This document shows, in pieces, positions 13,214 to 26,817 of a stretch of DNA of 64,000 bases; the stretch's first letter is position 1; the number at the start of each line of letters is the position of its first letter. The position numbers and the translations under genes were made by a program. The notes beneath the pieces are model-generated. The model made no database searches. It had not been told where the DNA came from and saw only the letters and a list, made by a program, of their open reading frames with translations. Source of the stretch: Octopus vulgaris (lineage: Eukaryota); NCBI GenBank assembly GCA_951406725.2, contig OX597821.1:81530001-81594000 (forward strand), in the 5' to 3' direction.

Positions 13214-14100
13214 CTAGAAAAAGAAGAAAAAAACAAAGAACATCAATAACTGAACGTTTGATAGATTTGGAAGTCAAATACATTCCTTTCAGTCATTGTA
13301 TAAGCTGAGGCCCTGTCTTTATGTAATTGGTTGAAAGTGGTGCCTCAGCTTATCAATAAGTAGCTAAAAGTTGATGTCAGTTATACTGACCTCAATTATA
13401 TATTCAATATGTCTCAGCAATGGTATGGCTAAAATGTGTACTGCCTGGGGCAGCTCTTTGATGCCAACCCCACAAATCTTATAAAGGCTTACACAGTAGA
13501 CCCAAAAGTGCCACCAGGGGACGGACATTCTCCCCATGTTGTCCTAGCTATGCTACAGCATCTCAAAAGAATATAAAACAAAGTTGACTCCAGTGGGAGT
13601 TTGAAGTGAGAATGCAAAGGGACTTAACTCAAATGAGCCAGTGCATTTTGCATGATGCTTTACTGATTCTGTAATAGATCAGTAACACATACAAACTATT
13701 TGTTAAAGCCCAAGATGAAAATTTGACAAGGTAAATACATATAAAATATAAAATGTGAACCATACACAAGAATGCCTGAAAGGTGATTGGATTATATCTA
13801 TATTGTCAGAATATCTTCTACATATACCAGTACAAATAATATCTTACAGCAGCATAAGTGGCTGGATTTCCATAGATCGCTATGCTTCTAGTACTAGTTT
13901 CACAAAAAAATAAAAGCACCCAGTACACTCTGTAAAGTGGTAGCTTCAGAAAAGGGCATCCTGCTGCAGAATCCATGCCAAAGCTGACACTGGAGCTGGT
14001 CATAGCCCTCAGGTTTTTCAGATCCTGTCAACCGTCCAAAGCATGGAAGACAGATGAGGTTCAAATGTGTGTGTGCATACACACACATAAATATGTACAT

Positions 14101-14132
<32 letters not shown>

Positions 14133-14843
14133 GAAGTATATATTTGGTATAAAGCAAATAGTCTAAGTCAGTTGGGTGTGAAGTTGGGATATTTATCGAG
14201 AAACACTGAAACCGAATACTGGGCTATCAACAACACTGTCGGGATGCAAGCCAAGGCTGGAATACTTCTGGTGTAGAAAATCCAAGTTTCACAATGATTC
14301 TACCATCATAGGGTTTGGCAAAGAGTAAATGATACAATCAAAAGACAAAGAAACTTCTTTAACACATCTTTAAATATAATTCACAGGGTGTGATCAAAGC
14401 ACAATTCCAGCACTGAGAGCAATGAAGCAACAAAATTCAGTGTAAAAGGCAGATTCAAAGAAGACAATTTACTCACTTGGCTCCTCCTGTTCCAGGTACA
14501 TTGACTTTGTTCCATCTAATAAAAATGAAAAAGAAAAAACACATCAATTCTACATTAAGGTGTTTGTGAGTCATTTTGAAAGTTAACCCCCTTTTAACTA
14601 GTATTCCACATACTGAATGACATTAGTCAAGGTGATGTATATCTCATTGGAATCAGACTAAAAATGAGAGGTATTTACCCATGGAATTCTATTCTTTCAT
14701 TTGTTTCAGTCATTTGACTGCGGCCATGCTGGAGCACCGCCTTTAGTTGAGCAAATCGACACCCAGGACTTATTCTCTGTAAGCCTAGCACTTATTCTAT
14801 CGGTCTCTCTTGCCGAACCGCTAAGTGACGGGGACAAACACAG

Positions 14844-14889
<46 letters not shown>

Positions 14890-17800
14890 CGGGCTTCTTT
14901 CAGTTTCCGTCTACCAAATCCACTCACAAGGCTTTGGTCAGCCCAAGGCTATAGTAAAAGACACTTGCCCAAGGTGCTACACAGTGGGACTGAACCCAGA
15001 ACCATGTGGTTGTTAAGCAAGCTACTTACCACACAGCCTCTCCTGTGCCCTTGAAAACAAATTTAAGATATTTAAGTTACACTAGGGATAAATTTATCAG
15101 AATCTTTTTAGGGAAACTATTTCACATTTCAGCACAAGGCAAGCAAGTTCTTTGGGGAGGACTAAGTTGATTGCATTGACCCCCAGCTCTTGAATGGCAC
15201 TTTATTTTATAAGGATGAAAGGCAAAGTTAACCAAGGCAGAATTTGAACCCAGAACATAATAAACTGGAAGAAATGCTACTTAGCATTTTGTCTAATATG
15301 CTAGCAGATCTGTCAGCTCACTTGCTTTTTGAGCAATTTTATAATACAAGATTATTTCAGATCGGTTTTTGTGGAGAGTTATCAAATCTGCTTCAATACA
15401 CATAGTTACTGTTAGTTTGCATTCATATGACTGATTTTTTTTTTGTTCATTCATATATTGTTGTCAAGTTTAGTTCACTTGAAGAGACAGATAATATGAG
15501 GGCATACTGTAAAACTTATCCATCTGCGACCAATACAAAGTTATGATATTTAGTGTTTAATTTGATGGAGATTGTAGTCAGTGGGCAGTTTAGCTTAATG
15601 GCAGATTACTCAGCTGGCATCAGAGGAGTTTGGGTTTGAGTCCTGTGGCTGTCTGCTGACATTTTTTTCAGTTTTATAAGGGTAAAATACCCAAGCTTAC
15701 TGCTGTTTTCATCTGTATATTGTGTTCAAAATCTTACTTTATAATACATTAAGGAAGGCCTGGCTGCTACACTGAATAGGTCAATCAACTACATATACAA
15801 AGTCATTGCTTTGTCAGGTTATAACATCATTAGCCATTTGGAGTATGGCCAGGACTAACAATAAGGTAACAAAATATTGGTTCTGGAGTTACACAATGCA
15901 AGAATTGAATTATGATCCAAAACAAGACACTGAGTCTTACTTGCCATTCTAAAGGATCTTCATATTTATTTCAGAAATTCTAAAGACTGATTCAATCTTG
16001 ATATATTTGGGAAAGGGGAAATTTTTAGATTAAATTATTTAAAAGTATCTATAAACAAGAATTTCTGAAGTCTTAGGAAATTTCTTCACTGAAGGATTTC
16101 CTGAGAAAAGTTTTGAAAAAAATCAATCAATCTCTTAAATTTCTTTCTACTAACCTTCGGTCTTCAGGGTCAATTCCACAATATGTCACTGCAGTAACTG
16201 GATAATGTCGCCGGAAGAAGAGTCTAGAAAAGAAAATGCAACAAAGTCAGTCTGACATACATCACTGAGATGTTGATGTACACAGATACATGCTTGCGCA
16301 CACACACACACGGAGTTTACAAGGTGTGGTTAAACAACACTAAGCTTCTCAACCAACAACCTAGAGGCTCCCTTGGGAAACGAACTTCATTGAAAAATAG
16401 TAACTTTTACCAGAGTTTGGCTGTCCAAAATGGAATTTGAGTTTACCATAAGCACCTCTCTCATACGCGTTGATAATGATAGTATCTGTCTATGACATTA
16501 CAGAACCCTGGCTAACTTTTTATATTGTGAATAACAGAGATTAAACCAGTGGAGTGTTCATAATAATGATGGCATAGAGGGTGAACAATGAGCTGGTGCT
16601 GTAGAGTGAGCTTCTAATACAGACTTCTTTTATATTGGTTTCAGATTTAAGCACAGGGCCAGCAATTTCAGGGTAGCGGTTAAGTCGATTACATTGATCC
16701 CTCCAGTGCTCAACTTATTTTATCGATCTTAAACGGATAAAAGGCAAATTGACCTCAGTGGAATTTGAACTGAGAGTGTAAAGCCACATGGATTGCTGCT
16801 AAACATTCTTGTGCAGTGTGCTGCTGATTCTGCTAGCTCCCTGCCTTAGACTTCTCTTATATTAATCCTTTTGTTACCAACCTGGCTGGAACCAGCTCTG
16901 GCTCTGTAGTACAAATGTCTTCGTTTCAATAGATCATGTAATACAAACAGAACCAAAATTTTCTTTACACTGTAAATGATGACAGTAGAGGTAATAATGA
17001 TGCCTGTGGTGGAGACCATCATCATCATCCTTTAATGTCCACTTTTCCATGCTTGCATGGGTCAAACGGAATTTGTTGGGGCAGGTTGTCTACAGTCAGA
17101 TGCCCTTACTATCACCAACACTTAACTGTTTCCAAGCAAGGTAATGTATTTCACCATGGCCAGGCATTTTCTTCTTTGAGAGAAGACTGCAAATGAACAA
17201 CCTGACTTGTATGATGATGATGCTCATTTACAACCATCATGTGATGTCCAGGTAAGAGTACATACAAACACATTTGGGATTCTCTTGGTTTCCATCTACT
17301 AAACATACTCACAAGGCTTTGGTTAACTCAGAGCTATAATAAAAGACACTTGTCTAAGGTGACATGCAATGGGACTGAACCCAAGACCATGAGATAAATC
17401 CTACTTACTTTCTGTTGTTGTCTGTCAGTGTAATGCCTTGGGAAGAAACTTTGAAATGTACGACAGTTGTCTTAGGTATGGGGTCTAAACTGAAGGTCAC
17501 TTTGGCTGCTTTAGCAACGGCTTGAGGCCCAGTCAGGGATTCTGTATCCACAGTATTTAGGTAGAGAACATTGCAGGCTGTAAAGAACATAAACCACATG
17601 AAATCGTTATTGGTGACTAATTATCAACAGGTCAATAAAGCAAAATGATGGCTCTCTATTAATGTCTATAGCACTTTTAACATTTACAGTATGTGGTGAC
17701 TGAGTGGGCTTAACAGGTGATCTGTAATATAAGGGGTTAAGAGTTCAACTCTTAAATGTTGAGTAATTACTAAAAGAGTACAATCACAAATATATGCAAC

Positions 17801-20800
17801 TGAAATGGGGTTCCTTTGAAGGATTTCTAGAGTAATGTTACTCAACAGGATGCATAGTTTGGAGATCAGGGAGTCTTTCCAGGTCAAGATGCTATTTCTC
17901 AGCATTGATAAGTCATAGATCTGGTACTACGAACATGTGATTAGAATGATGTAAGAAAGGATCATCAAGATAGATTCTTCTAGCTGAGTCAACTGACAGG
18001 AGACCAAGGGGTAGAGCCGGAGCCACCCCACCAGCAATGCAGGCACCTGGGAAAATTATGCACTAGGTCCTAAAGTATTTATTTATTGACAGCAAGCCAC
18101 AATATAGACAGGTCAGATTTAGGCCCCTAAATCTGTAAGGTCATGGGCAACTGTGCAGTGTGCCTAAGCCTTAAGACAGCCCTGAGTAAACCAAGAACAA
18201 GATGGTTGGCTAATATCCATAGTCTCAAATGGTCATGTTTGAAAATCTTTCAAGAAATTGACGGTTGCTTTTGATAGTACACTTTGTATGAGGTACTTGA
18301 TAGTACACTTTGTATGAGGTACTTGAGGCCTCAATTTCCCTGATCCACCGGGAATAGAGGGAGGCAAAAAGGAATGGAGAAAAGAGTTTAACTTTTTCTG
18401 TTTACTGAATATGTTGCCTTTTTCCTTTCCATCAGGAAGGACACATGGTGGAGGAGGGTATCAAACTTTAAAACATTAAACACATGATACAGGGTGTCCA
18501 TAAATTATTGTAACAATTTGAAAAAAATTAGGGGGAAAAAAAATTAAGTAAACTCAGCAGAGTTTATTGGAAAACAGAGACAAACAAATAAAGTGTATTA
18601 GAAACATGAGAACAATTGTAGATGGATTCCATTGGTTGCATGCAACCTGCTAAATTATCCTTATCCCTTAAGTTTTCAAAGTGTAAAGGTAATTTATGGA
18701 CACCCTCTACACATGCAAATGATAAAACTGCAAAAACCAAAGTAAAAAAAACCCATCAAACTTCAAAACCTAGTTCATATCAGATTGCAGTTTATATTTA
18801 ATATATACAGTTAAGAGAAGATAATATAGATTTTTCTTTGTTCTGAAAGACAATATGGATATATTGAGCTAAACCTGCTGATTACTAATTATCAAAAATA
18901 TTTTTTAACAATGAGGATACCGACTCTGTGTTCTCACAAGTTCACATGTTTGGAAGAGAAATGGCTGACATTTAGATATATAACCAAACCCTGGAGTTGA
19001 AAGAAACTTAAATAGCTGCAATACATCAGCAAGCTTTGAACAGAAATAAAAATAAAAAATAAAAATATTCTACGAGCAAATATCAAACAAATTACAAGGG
19101 GTTGTTTATATACCACAGCTAACAGAGTATTTAAATAGCTTATGTGGAAATAAGGACAATTATTCAAAAAAGTATCTGAGTAGCTATGTAGCTGTCCAGT
19201 TACAGGTCAGCTATGATGAAGTAAGCATAGACTAATATGCCAACTGCCCAAAGAGTCAGTCAGTCCATTTTAAGACAGGAAGTTATAACCTGAGGAAGAT
19301 TTGGTTGCAGTTTCTAGCTGGTCGAGCAACTACATAGAGGTTTGAATGGCAAATTAACAATAGCTGTTCTGAAAGAAAGAAAATTTTTTAAAATCCACAA
19401 AAGCAGTCTCAAGTGAAAATATATCTTGCATCCATCAAAGGGTGCTGGTGGGAACAGAAGTGAAATTAAGACCCTTTTAGCACTTCTGTTATGGTCTAGA
19501 AGAGGACTTGAACTCAATACTGTGAAATAATGAAATATTTGACAATCTTTACAGTGAGACTGCTGCTGCTGCTGCTTATAGTAATGGACTTTTCTCCCAA
19601 GGGTTACCTACCTATATCAGGATGAACAGAACCATTCAGAGTCAAGTCAATACCTGAGACAAGGTAAAGTGCTGATGACAGATTAACATCTACTAAACTA
19701 GTACCCTACCAATGCAGTTTTCAGTGGAAATAAATATAAAAACGATACAAACCTGCACCTGTAGCCAGCAAAGCAGCTGCTGAACTAGGAATTTCAGAAC
19801 TGTGAGGACTTTCAGGATTGCTAACGTCACCTGCTGGATCTGTAACAAACGAAAGGTATGAAGATTTTTGGTTTCATAAAGGATTTCAATTAACTGAATA
19901 AGACTGAGCCTATATCAGGTATGAGATGTGCATGTGTGTAGATAATTTGGTATTAAAATAGATTAAGAGATATCTTCAAAGAAATTGGAAAGATCTCTGC
20001 TATAAGTGAATTAGTGAATGAGGATATTATCAGGTTAGTAGTTCATTTTTAACTAAGAAAAATTAAGTAATATTTATAGTAAATTTGAGAATATTTTTAG
20101 ACACTTTAACATTTGATAACTCTTCTAGAGAAGGCCCAAGGGTATTAGAAAAGGGAGTTTATATCCTGCTGTAGGTATTATGTCATTCAACTTGCCTCAC
20201 AGCCAAGATACAGTCAGACGTATTTAAATATTTTCTCCTGGTTCACACAACTAAGAGGAAGATTCTAAAGTATTAAGGTGGAAGGGCATCACCATTGTGA
20301 AATCAGACAGATGATGCAACCAGTCCACTCTTACAGAGTGTAGCTCCAGAAATCATGCCAAAACTGATAGTCCTCTGGCTTGCCAGTTCTTGTCAAACCA
20401 TCCGACCCATGCCAGCATGGAAAACAGATGTTAAATGATGATGATGATGATGACTTTTCAAGTACAACAATAAATATTTGTTTTACTGAAAGAAAACTTT
20501 ACCAGAACACTGATTTCTGAAATAAGTATAAGGGGTCAGATTTACAATTTTTTGATGTAATCTAAGACGCGTGCACACGTGCGTGTTTGTAGCTGAGGTT
20601 CTTCACAATGAATTACAATTAGTTTCCTTCCATAATAAAAGATTATTGAAAGTCACATTTTGATAAAAATATATAATTGGAGCTTTTAAAGGGATTTTAG
20701 ACAGTGCAGACTTTAATAGCTGCTTTCTTTTAGAAAAAGTTATAGATGCCAGACTAATTAACAGTAATTTTCTTTATTATAGAATAAGATGTGAGAAATG

Positions 20801-23800
20801 CTCCAATGTTGGGCTGATTTTAGTTTTGTAGAAGGTCGGCAACTGATAAAGCCTGGAGTAGTTTTCAATCCTAAAAAAGCATTCTAGACTGTTATGAGAG
20901 GTTATGAGATTGCCATTGAATGATGTATCCATGATCTTTATTTATAGAAGCAGTGTGTGTCTAGAAAGTGATGTTACATTACATTAAATTCATACACTTA
21001 CCTGATTCAGGGAGAACTAATTTACATGGCAGCGCCAGTGGAGTGATGGAATGCTGGTACACAAGAGCTGCCAAAGTTCCTGAAAGACAAACCAACAAAC
21101 ATCAGAACAATTCATTAAGCTTACGACAACATTTGCAATTGTTTTGGTTATACAGAAAAGATTTAATTACTTTCGACCCATCCGTTCGTGTCCGCTGTCA
21201 GCCTCGTCTGGCACCCGTGCCGGTGATACGTAAAAGCACCATTCGCTCGTGGCCGTTTGCCAGCTCTGCCTGGCCCCCGTGCCGGTGACACGTAAAAGCA
21301 CCATCCGTTCGTGGCCGTTTGCCAGCTCTGTCTGGCCCCGTGTCGGTGGCACGTAAAAGCACCATCCGCTCGTGGCCGTTTGCCAGCTCTGCCTGGCCCC
21401 CGTGTCGGTGGCACGTAAAAGCACCATCCGTTCGTGTTCGTTGCCAGCCTCGCCTGGCCCAGTGCCGGTGACACGTAAAAGCACCGCCCATTCGTGGCCG
21501 TTTGCCGGCTCTGTCTGACAACCGTGTCGGTGGCACGTATAAGCACCATCCGTTCGCGTCCGTTGCCAGCCTCGGCTGTCCCCCGTGCCGGTGACACGTA
21601 AAAGCACCGCCCGTTCATGGCCGTTTGCCAGCTCTGTCTGGCCCCGTGTCGGTGGCACGTAAAAGCACCATCCGTTCGTGTTCGTTGTCAGCCTCGGCTG
21701 GCCCCCGTGCCGGTGACACGTAAAAGCACCATCCGTTCGTGGCCGTTTGCCAGCTCTGTCTGGCCCCGTGTCGGTGGCACGTAAAAGCACCATCCGTTCG
21801 TGTCCGTTGCCAGCATCGCCTGGCCCCGTGCCGGTGACACGTAAAAGCACCATCCGTTCGTGGCCGTTCGCCAGATCTGTCTGGCACCTGTGCAGGTGGC
21901 ACGTAAAAAACACCCACTACACTCGTGGAGTGGTTGGCGTTAGGAAGGGCATCCAGCCGTAGAAACACTGCCAGATCTGACTGGGCCTGACGAAGCCTTC
22001 CAGCTTCACAGACCCCAGTTGACCCGTCCAACCCATGCTAGCATGGAAAGCGGACGCTAAATGATGATGATGATGATCATCATCATCATAACTCAAAACA
22101 GAAAAGATGCAGAAAATTAACTAGAAGATGAATTTACTTAAGTTTAATCCTACAGCACTCAGATTATTCCGTCAAGTGTAATGCTTATTTATTCACATTG
22201 TTTTGAATCTATCACCTGTTATCTTATTACCTTCAGAAGATAAATTTCATTTACCTGTTCTTCTGGATCATCATTTGACTATTAATGATGTGGAGTGTAA
22301 TTTCTACATAATGCCTACTCACTTGCTTCATTTACCTTAAGAAAGGGTTACAAACTTTATTTTATCCTGTATAAATCAGTGGTTTAAGTCAATCATCAGT
22401 ATGAAGAAGAAAGCAAACCAGAAGATGCTTATCTGGCTGGAATTTGATGCACACCAATAAACTGGTTTAAAATGAGTTTAAATCCTGGGGAAATTCAACT
22501 TGACGTTATCCTCTCTCAATGACATAATACTGAGATCTGCCTGTCCAAAGCATTTCCATAAGTTTGTCCAAAACGTCCATGCTTGTATCTAGACTTCTAG
22601 TTAACTCTTGTTCCATTTATTCTGAGTAGTATGAAGCTTTCCTTTCATAAGTACTAAGTTACTCTGGTGGTTGGAAAAAAAAAAAAAATGGGGAATACAC
22701 ATCATATATGATGCATGGACGTCAGGGATGTGTGTCCCGTGTGTCACCTGATACACAGAATAGGAAAAGGGTTAAGTTAGACACTTGATCTGGTATATCA
22801 AATTTGTGGGTCACCTTCAAATACTTGACATTTCTACAAGTTTACTTAACCAAATCTTATTAAAAGGTACACTATAACTATGAAAGTAACAACATAAAAA
22901 AAACGTCCCTATTATTTTGGCACTAAGGTTAGAAGATCAAAAGAGTGAACCCTAGCATCCCAGAAGTATTGTTTACTCTTCATGAAATATCCTTACCAAA
23001 AACAGGTTCGTTACTGCATCCTCGTAGACGAACACCTTTGGGTGTAGGTTCAATCAAAAAGTGGCGCACTAGCTCTGATGCTGGATCAGCACCTGCCAAG
23101 AAAATAAACACTCAATGAGTATTACGAAGAAATAAGATGGAAGAAGGTGGTACGTGATTTAAAGATTGATTTATGCCATTTGAAGGCCACTTTTACAACA
23201 ATTGTTTTTCTCATGACAACATGTGTTAGTTGATTCTACACTGCAGGGTCTTAAAAGAGCTTTACAGCTTGCTATTCAGCTCTAACAACAACCAATAAAA
23301 CGTAAATTGGAAAAAGTAATTTCTTTTTCAATGAGATTATTTATTACACAAAGCAAATAGAATATTTAAACCAATTTATAAAAGTCTTAAAAAGAGTTTG
23401 AACTCAAAATCTATCACTTGTTAGCCCAACATGTTACCCACATAACCATAGGGAAAAACTGTGATTTTCACTTTAGTGTGTGAGTGTGTGAGTGTGTGTG
23501 TTGTGATATTTGAAAGTCAACTGTAATGGTGTCTCATAAAAGAGTAACTTTCAAATTAAAATTTCAAATTGTTTTCTTTTTTTTTTTTGGAGGGGGTGCA
23601 GCTGACTTGAACTTTAACAACTTTATTCTCTGTAGAACTAGGTCAGATGCAATATAGGATGTGACTAATCTGGGTTTAACTCACAATAAAAACAAAGGGT
23701 GACTTGATGTGTGTATGTATATATTACACACACACACATATATATATATATAAGTGGTATCATAAGAATGTCCTCTGAAAACCAGCAACATATTTTATGT

Positions 23801-26726
23801 CTATTGACTGAATATGGTTTAGATGGTTCAGCTTAACACTATCTCATTCTAAATTTCAGCTGTGTGACTATACAACACCCAACCATCTGAATCCTGCCTT
23901 TTATTAACCTATTCTACAATGTCTCAGCCTCCTTGGCACTAAGTAGAGATCTTTTTCATCTAATATGTATTTAGTATAGATTGTAGATAATGTTCCTATT
24001 ACAAAAACAATCAAACAACTAGTTTTTTTGTTTTTTTTGCCAATTGTTAACTATAAGATGGAAGAAGTCCCTATTTTCAAATGGATGAGTTGAGCTATAT
24101 GCCTCACTGAAGGAGTGTTTGAACCAATGAGGAATCAAACTGGTGGCTCATCTCAACTTTTTTCTCTCATACATATTTACAAGGACAATTGAATTAAATT
24201 AACCTGGAAGATGTTTGCATATGATTAAAAAAATCATAAAACATCATATTATTCAAAGATCAAATGAAGTGAAGACATAATAGATTAACTAAGGGACAAA
24301 CTCACAACCTTCATGAGTTTTCACCAATGAAGATTGCACTTCATTTATTTTACTATGACTAAAAGAACCCCCAAAATTAAGGAACACAATTTACTTCTTC
24401 ACTTATCAGTCTAACTGGGTCACCATATAACAATTGATGAAGTGAGATTAAGAGAGGGATTATGTACACCTGAAGAAACAAATGATTACAGAAGTAAAAA
24501 CAAGGTTCTGTGAAACCCCTTCATCTATCAAATAGAAATCTTTATTCAAATTTTTGTGATTTAAATGCTAGATTCCCACCCGCTCAATCTATACCCCACA
24601 AACCATGACCATATGGCACTGGTAACTATCATTTAACCTCGCCACTTATTACACTCTTGCTATCCCCCATGTTGTCTTATCTCTATCTCCTTCGGTGCTT
24701 TTGCCATCGTAAAATACACCCAGTGCACTCTGTAAAGTGGTTGATGCTATGAAGGGCATCCAGTTGTAGAAACCAAATCAAAGATGATACTTCTGTATTG
24801 TTAAAAGAGTTACAGAAAGAATCCCAAGAAAATAGTAGAAGTTAAATTTACCTGCTTTAGTCTGTACATTTGGTGGCACTTGAGCCACTTTGAGAGCAAG
24901 ACCAAAAGCTCCAGGGAAGGAGTTGCTGTCACGGACAACAAAGATACCTGGGGCTTTATCTTTGAGCATCAAAATTGCTGCAAAAAAATTAGGAAGAATC
25001 TTGTTAAATCATTTCAGTTTTGTAGTAATCATGTAGGTTGTTTAAATATACACTTTTATAAAAAAAAAAAAAATGTAATCAGTAAAACATACAAGCAAAC
25101 ATAAGTATTATGGAAACATATCTATCTAAGGCAGCGAGCTGGCAGAAACGCTAGCAGGCCAGGTGGAGCGCTTAGTGGTATTTCATCTGCCGTTACGTTC
25201 TGAGTTCAAATTCCGCTGAGGTTGACTTTGCCTTTCATCCTTTCGAGGTCAATAAATTAAGTACCAGTTACGCGCCAGGGTCGATGTAATCGACTTAATC
25301 CGTTTGTCTCCTCTATCTTTAGCCCCTTGAGGGTAATAAAGAAATAAGAAACATATCTATCTTTTATCTTTTATTTATTTTAGTCATTGGACTGTGGCCA
25401 TGCTGGGGGCATTGTCTTGAAGAGTTTAATCAAATTGCCTCCCAGGACTTGTTTTTAAATTTGGTACTTATTCTATCTGTCTTTTTAACTGAACTGTTAA
25501 GTTACAGAGATGTAAACAAACCAACATCATTTGTCAAGTGGTGTGTGGTGGGGGACAAGCATAAAGGCACATATATAGAGGGCTTCTATGCAGTTTCTGT
25601 CCACCAAATTCACTAATAATGTATTGGCAGACCTGGTGCTATAGCAGAAGATACTTGCTCAAGGAGTTGTGCAATGGAAATTAATCCAAAGCCAAACAAT
25701 TGCAAAGCAACCGCTTAACCACACAGCCATGCATGCATAGGTAAAAGTAAATAAATCCTCCATGGTTCCAACAATGAGTATTCCAATGGTTTAGTCCCTG
25801 GTCCACATGTTCATTGAATTGTAAGAAGTGGCTGAATATTCCACAGACACATGTACCCTTAATATACTTGTATCTGTGTACATTAATGGGTAGAACCAGC
25901 ATGACAAGGTTGGCCCTTTGAATTTCACTCACAAAGCTGGGTGGGGGTTCAGCTGAATCTATATTAGGAAACACCTGCCTAATAATACCATAGTGTGGGA
26001 AACAAACCTGAGATCTGATTGTAAAGTGACCTACATGAGAAATCAGCCATATTTGTTTATACATAATGGCAATAGAAATTCAAAATAATACAGAAAAACA
26101 CAATTGTTCTTGCGATCAAATACGTCAATGACTGCACTCAGCAGTACACAATGACATTAGTTGCAAGTCTACGTACTTACTGCATATATACAATGGCTAC
26201 AATCACACACACAATTTTATATAAGAGTTACAATCATTGACATCACACATAACCACACATTACATACAGTAGTTACACAAGTGATACAAATCTGTCACTG
26301 TAGACAGGAACTTACCATCTTCTCTGCTAATGTTAGGTTTATACCAGAACTTGGACGTATCTTTCACGAACTTGGGTGTACTCTGAACAAGGTCCGATTC
26401 TATAAGAATAATTAAACAATTAATAACAACAATAATTAGAGCAATAACAGTTTCTTACAAGATTTTTTTTTTGTAAAATCATGATATAACCCCAGTATAT
26501 TACTGGTGTTAATATTATAGAAGTTTGTAAGAAGTGATAAACTGTACAGCAGTATCTATAAAGAGATAATTAATTTAGCCTACCTAGAAGTACATATGTA
26601 TAATGTGAGGCACAGCTCATCTCTGTAAGCAGTAGTAGGGTGGACACAATATTTCTTTGCTTAAAAGACCCTTCTCGCATAGCTTACTTGAGAATGGATG
26701 GGTACTACTAGCTATGTATGTATGTA

Positions 26727-26817
<91 letters not shown>

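Noticed and set aside
21178-21915. CRISPR-like array
   Set aside because: The apparent spacers are homologous to each other, the context is a eukaryotic intron, and no cas genes are present. It is a tandem repeat.
21163-22031. ORFs of 112-248 aa on the minus strand
   Set aside because: By-products of a GC-rich, stop-poor tandem repeat; open in several frames, with repeated peptides.
22601-22775. TTAA-flanked piggyBac-like MITE
   Set aside because: Terminal inverted repeats are too degenerate to call.
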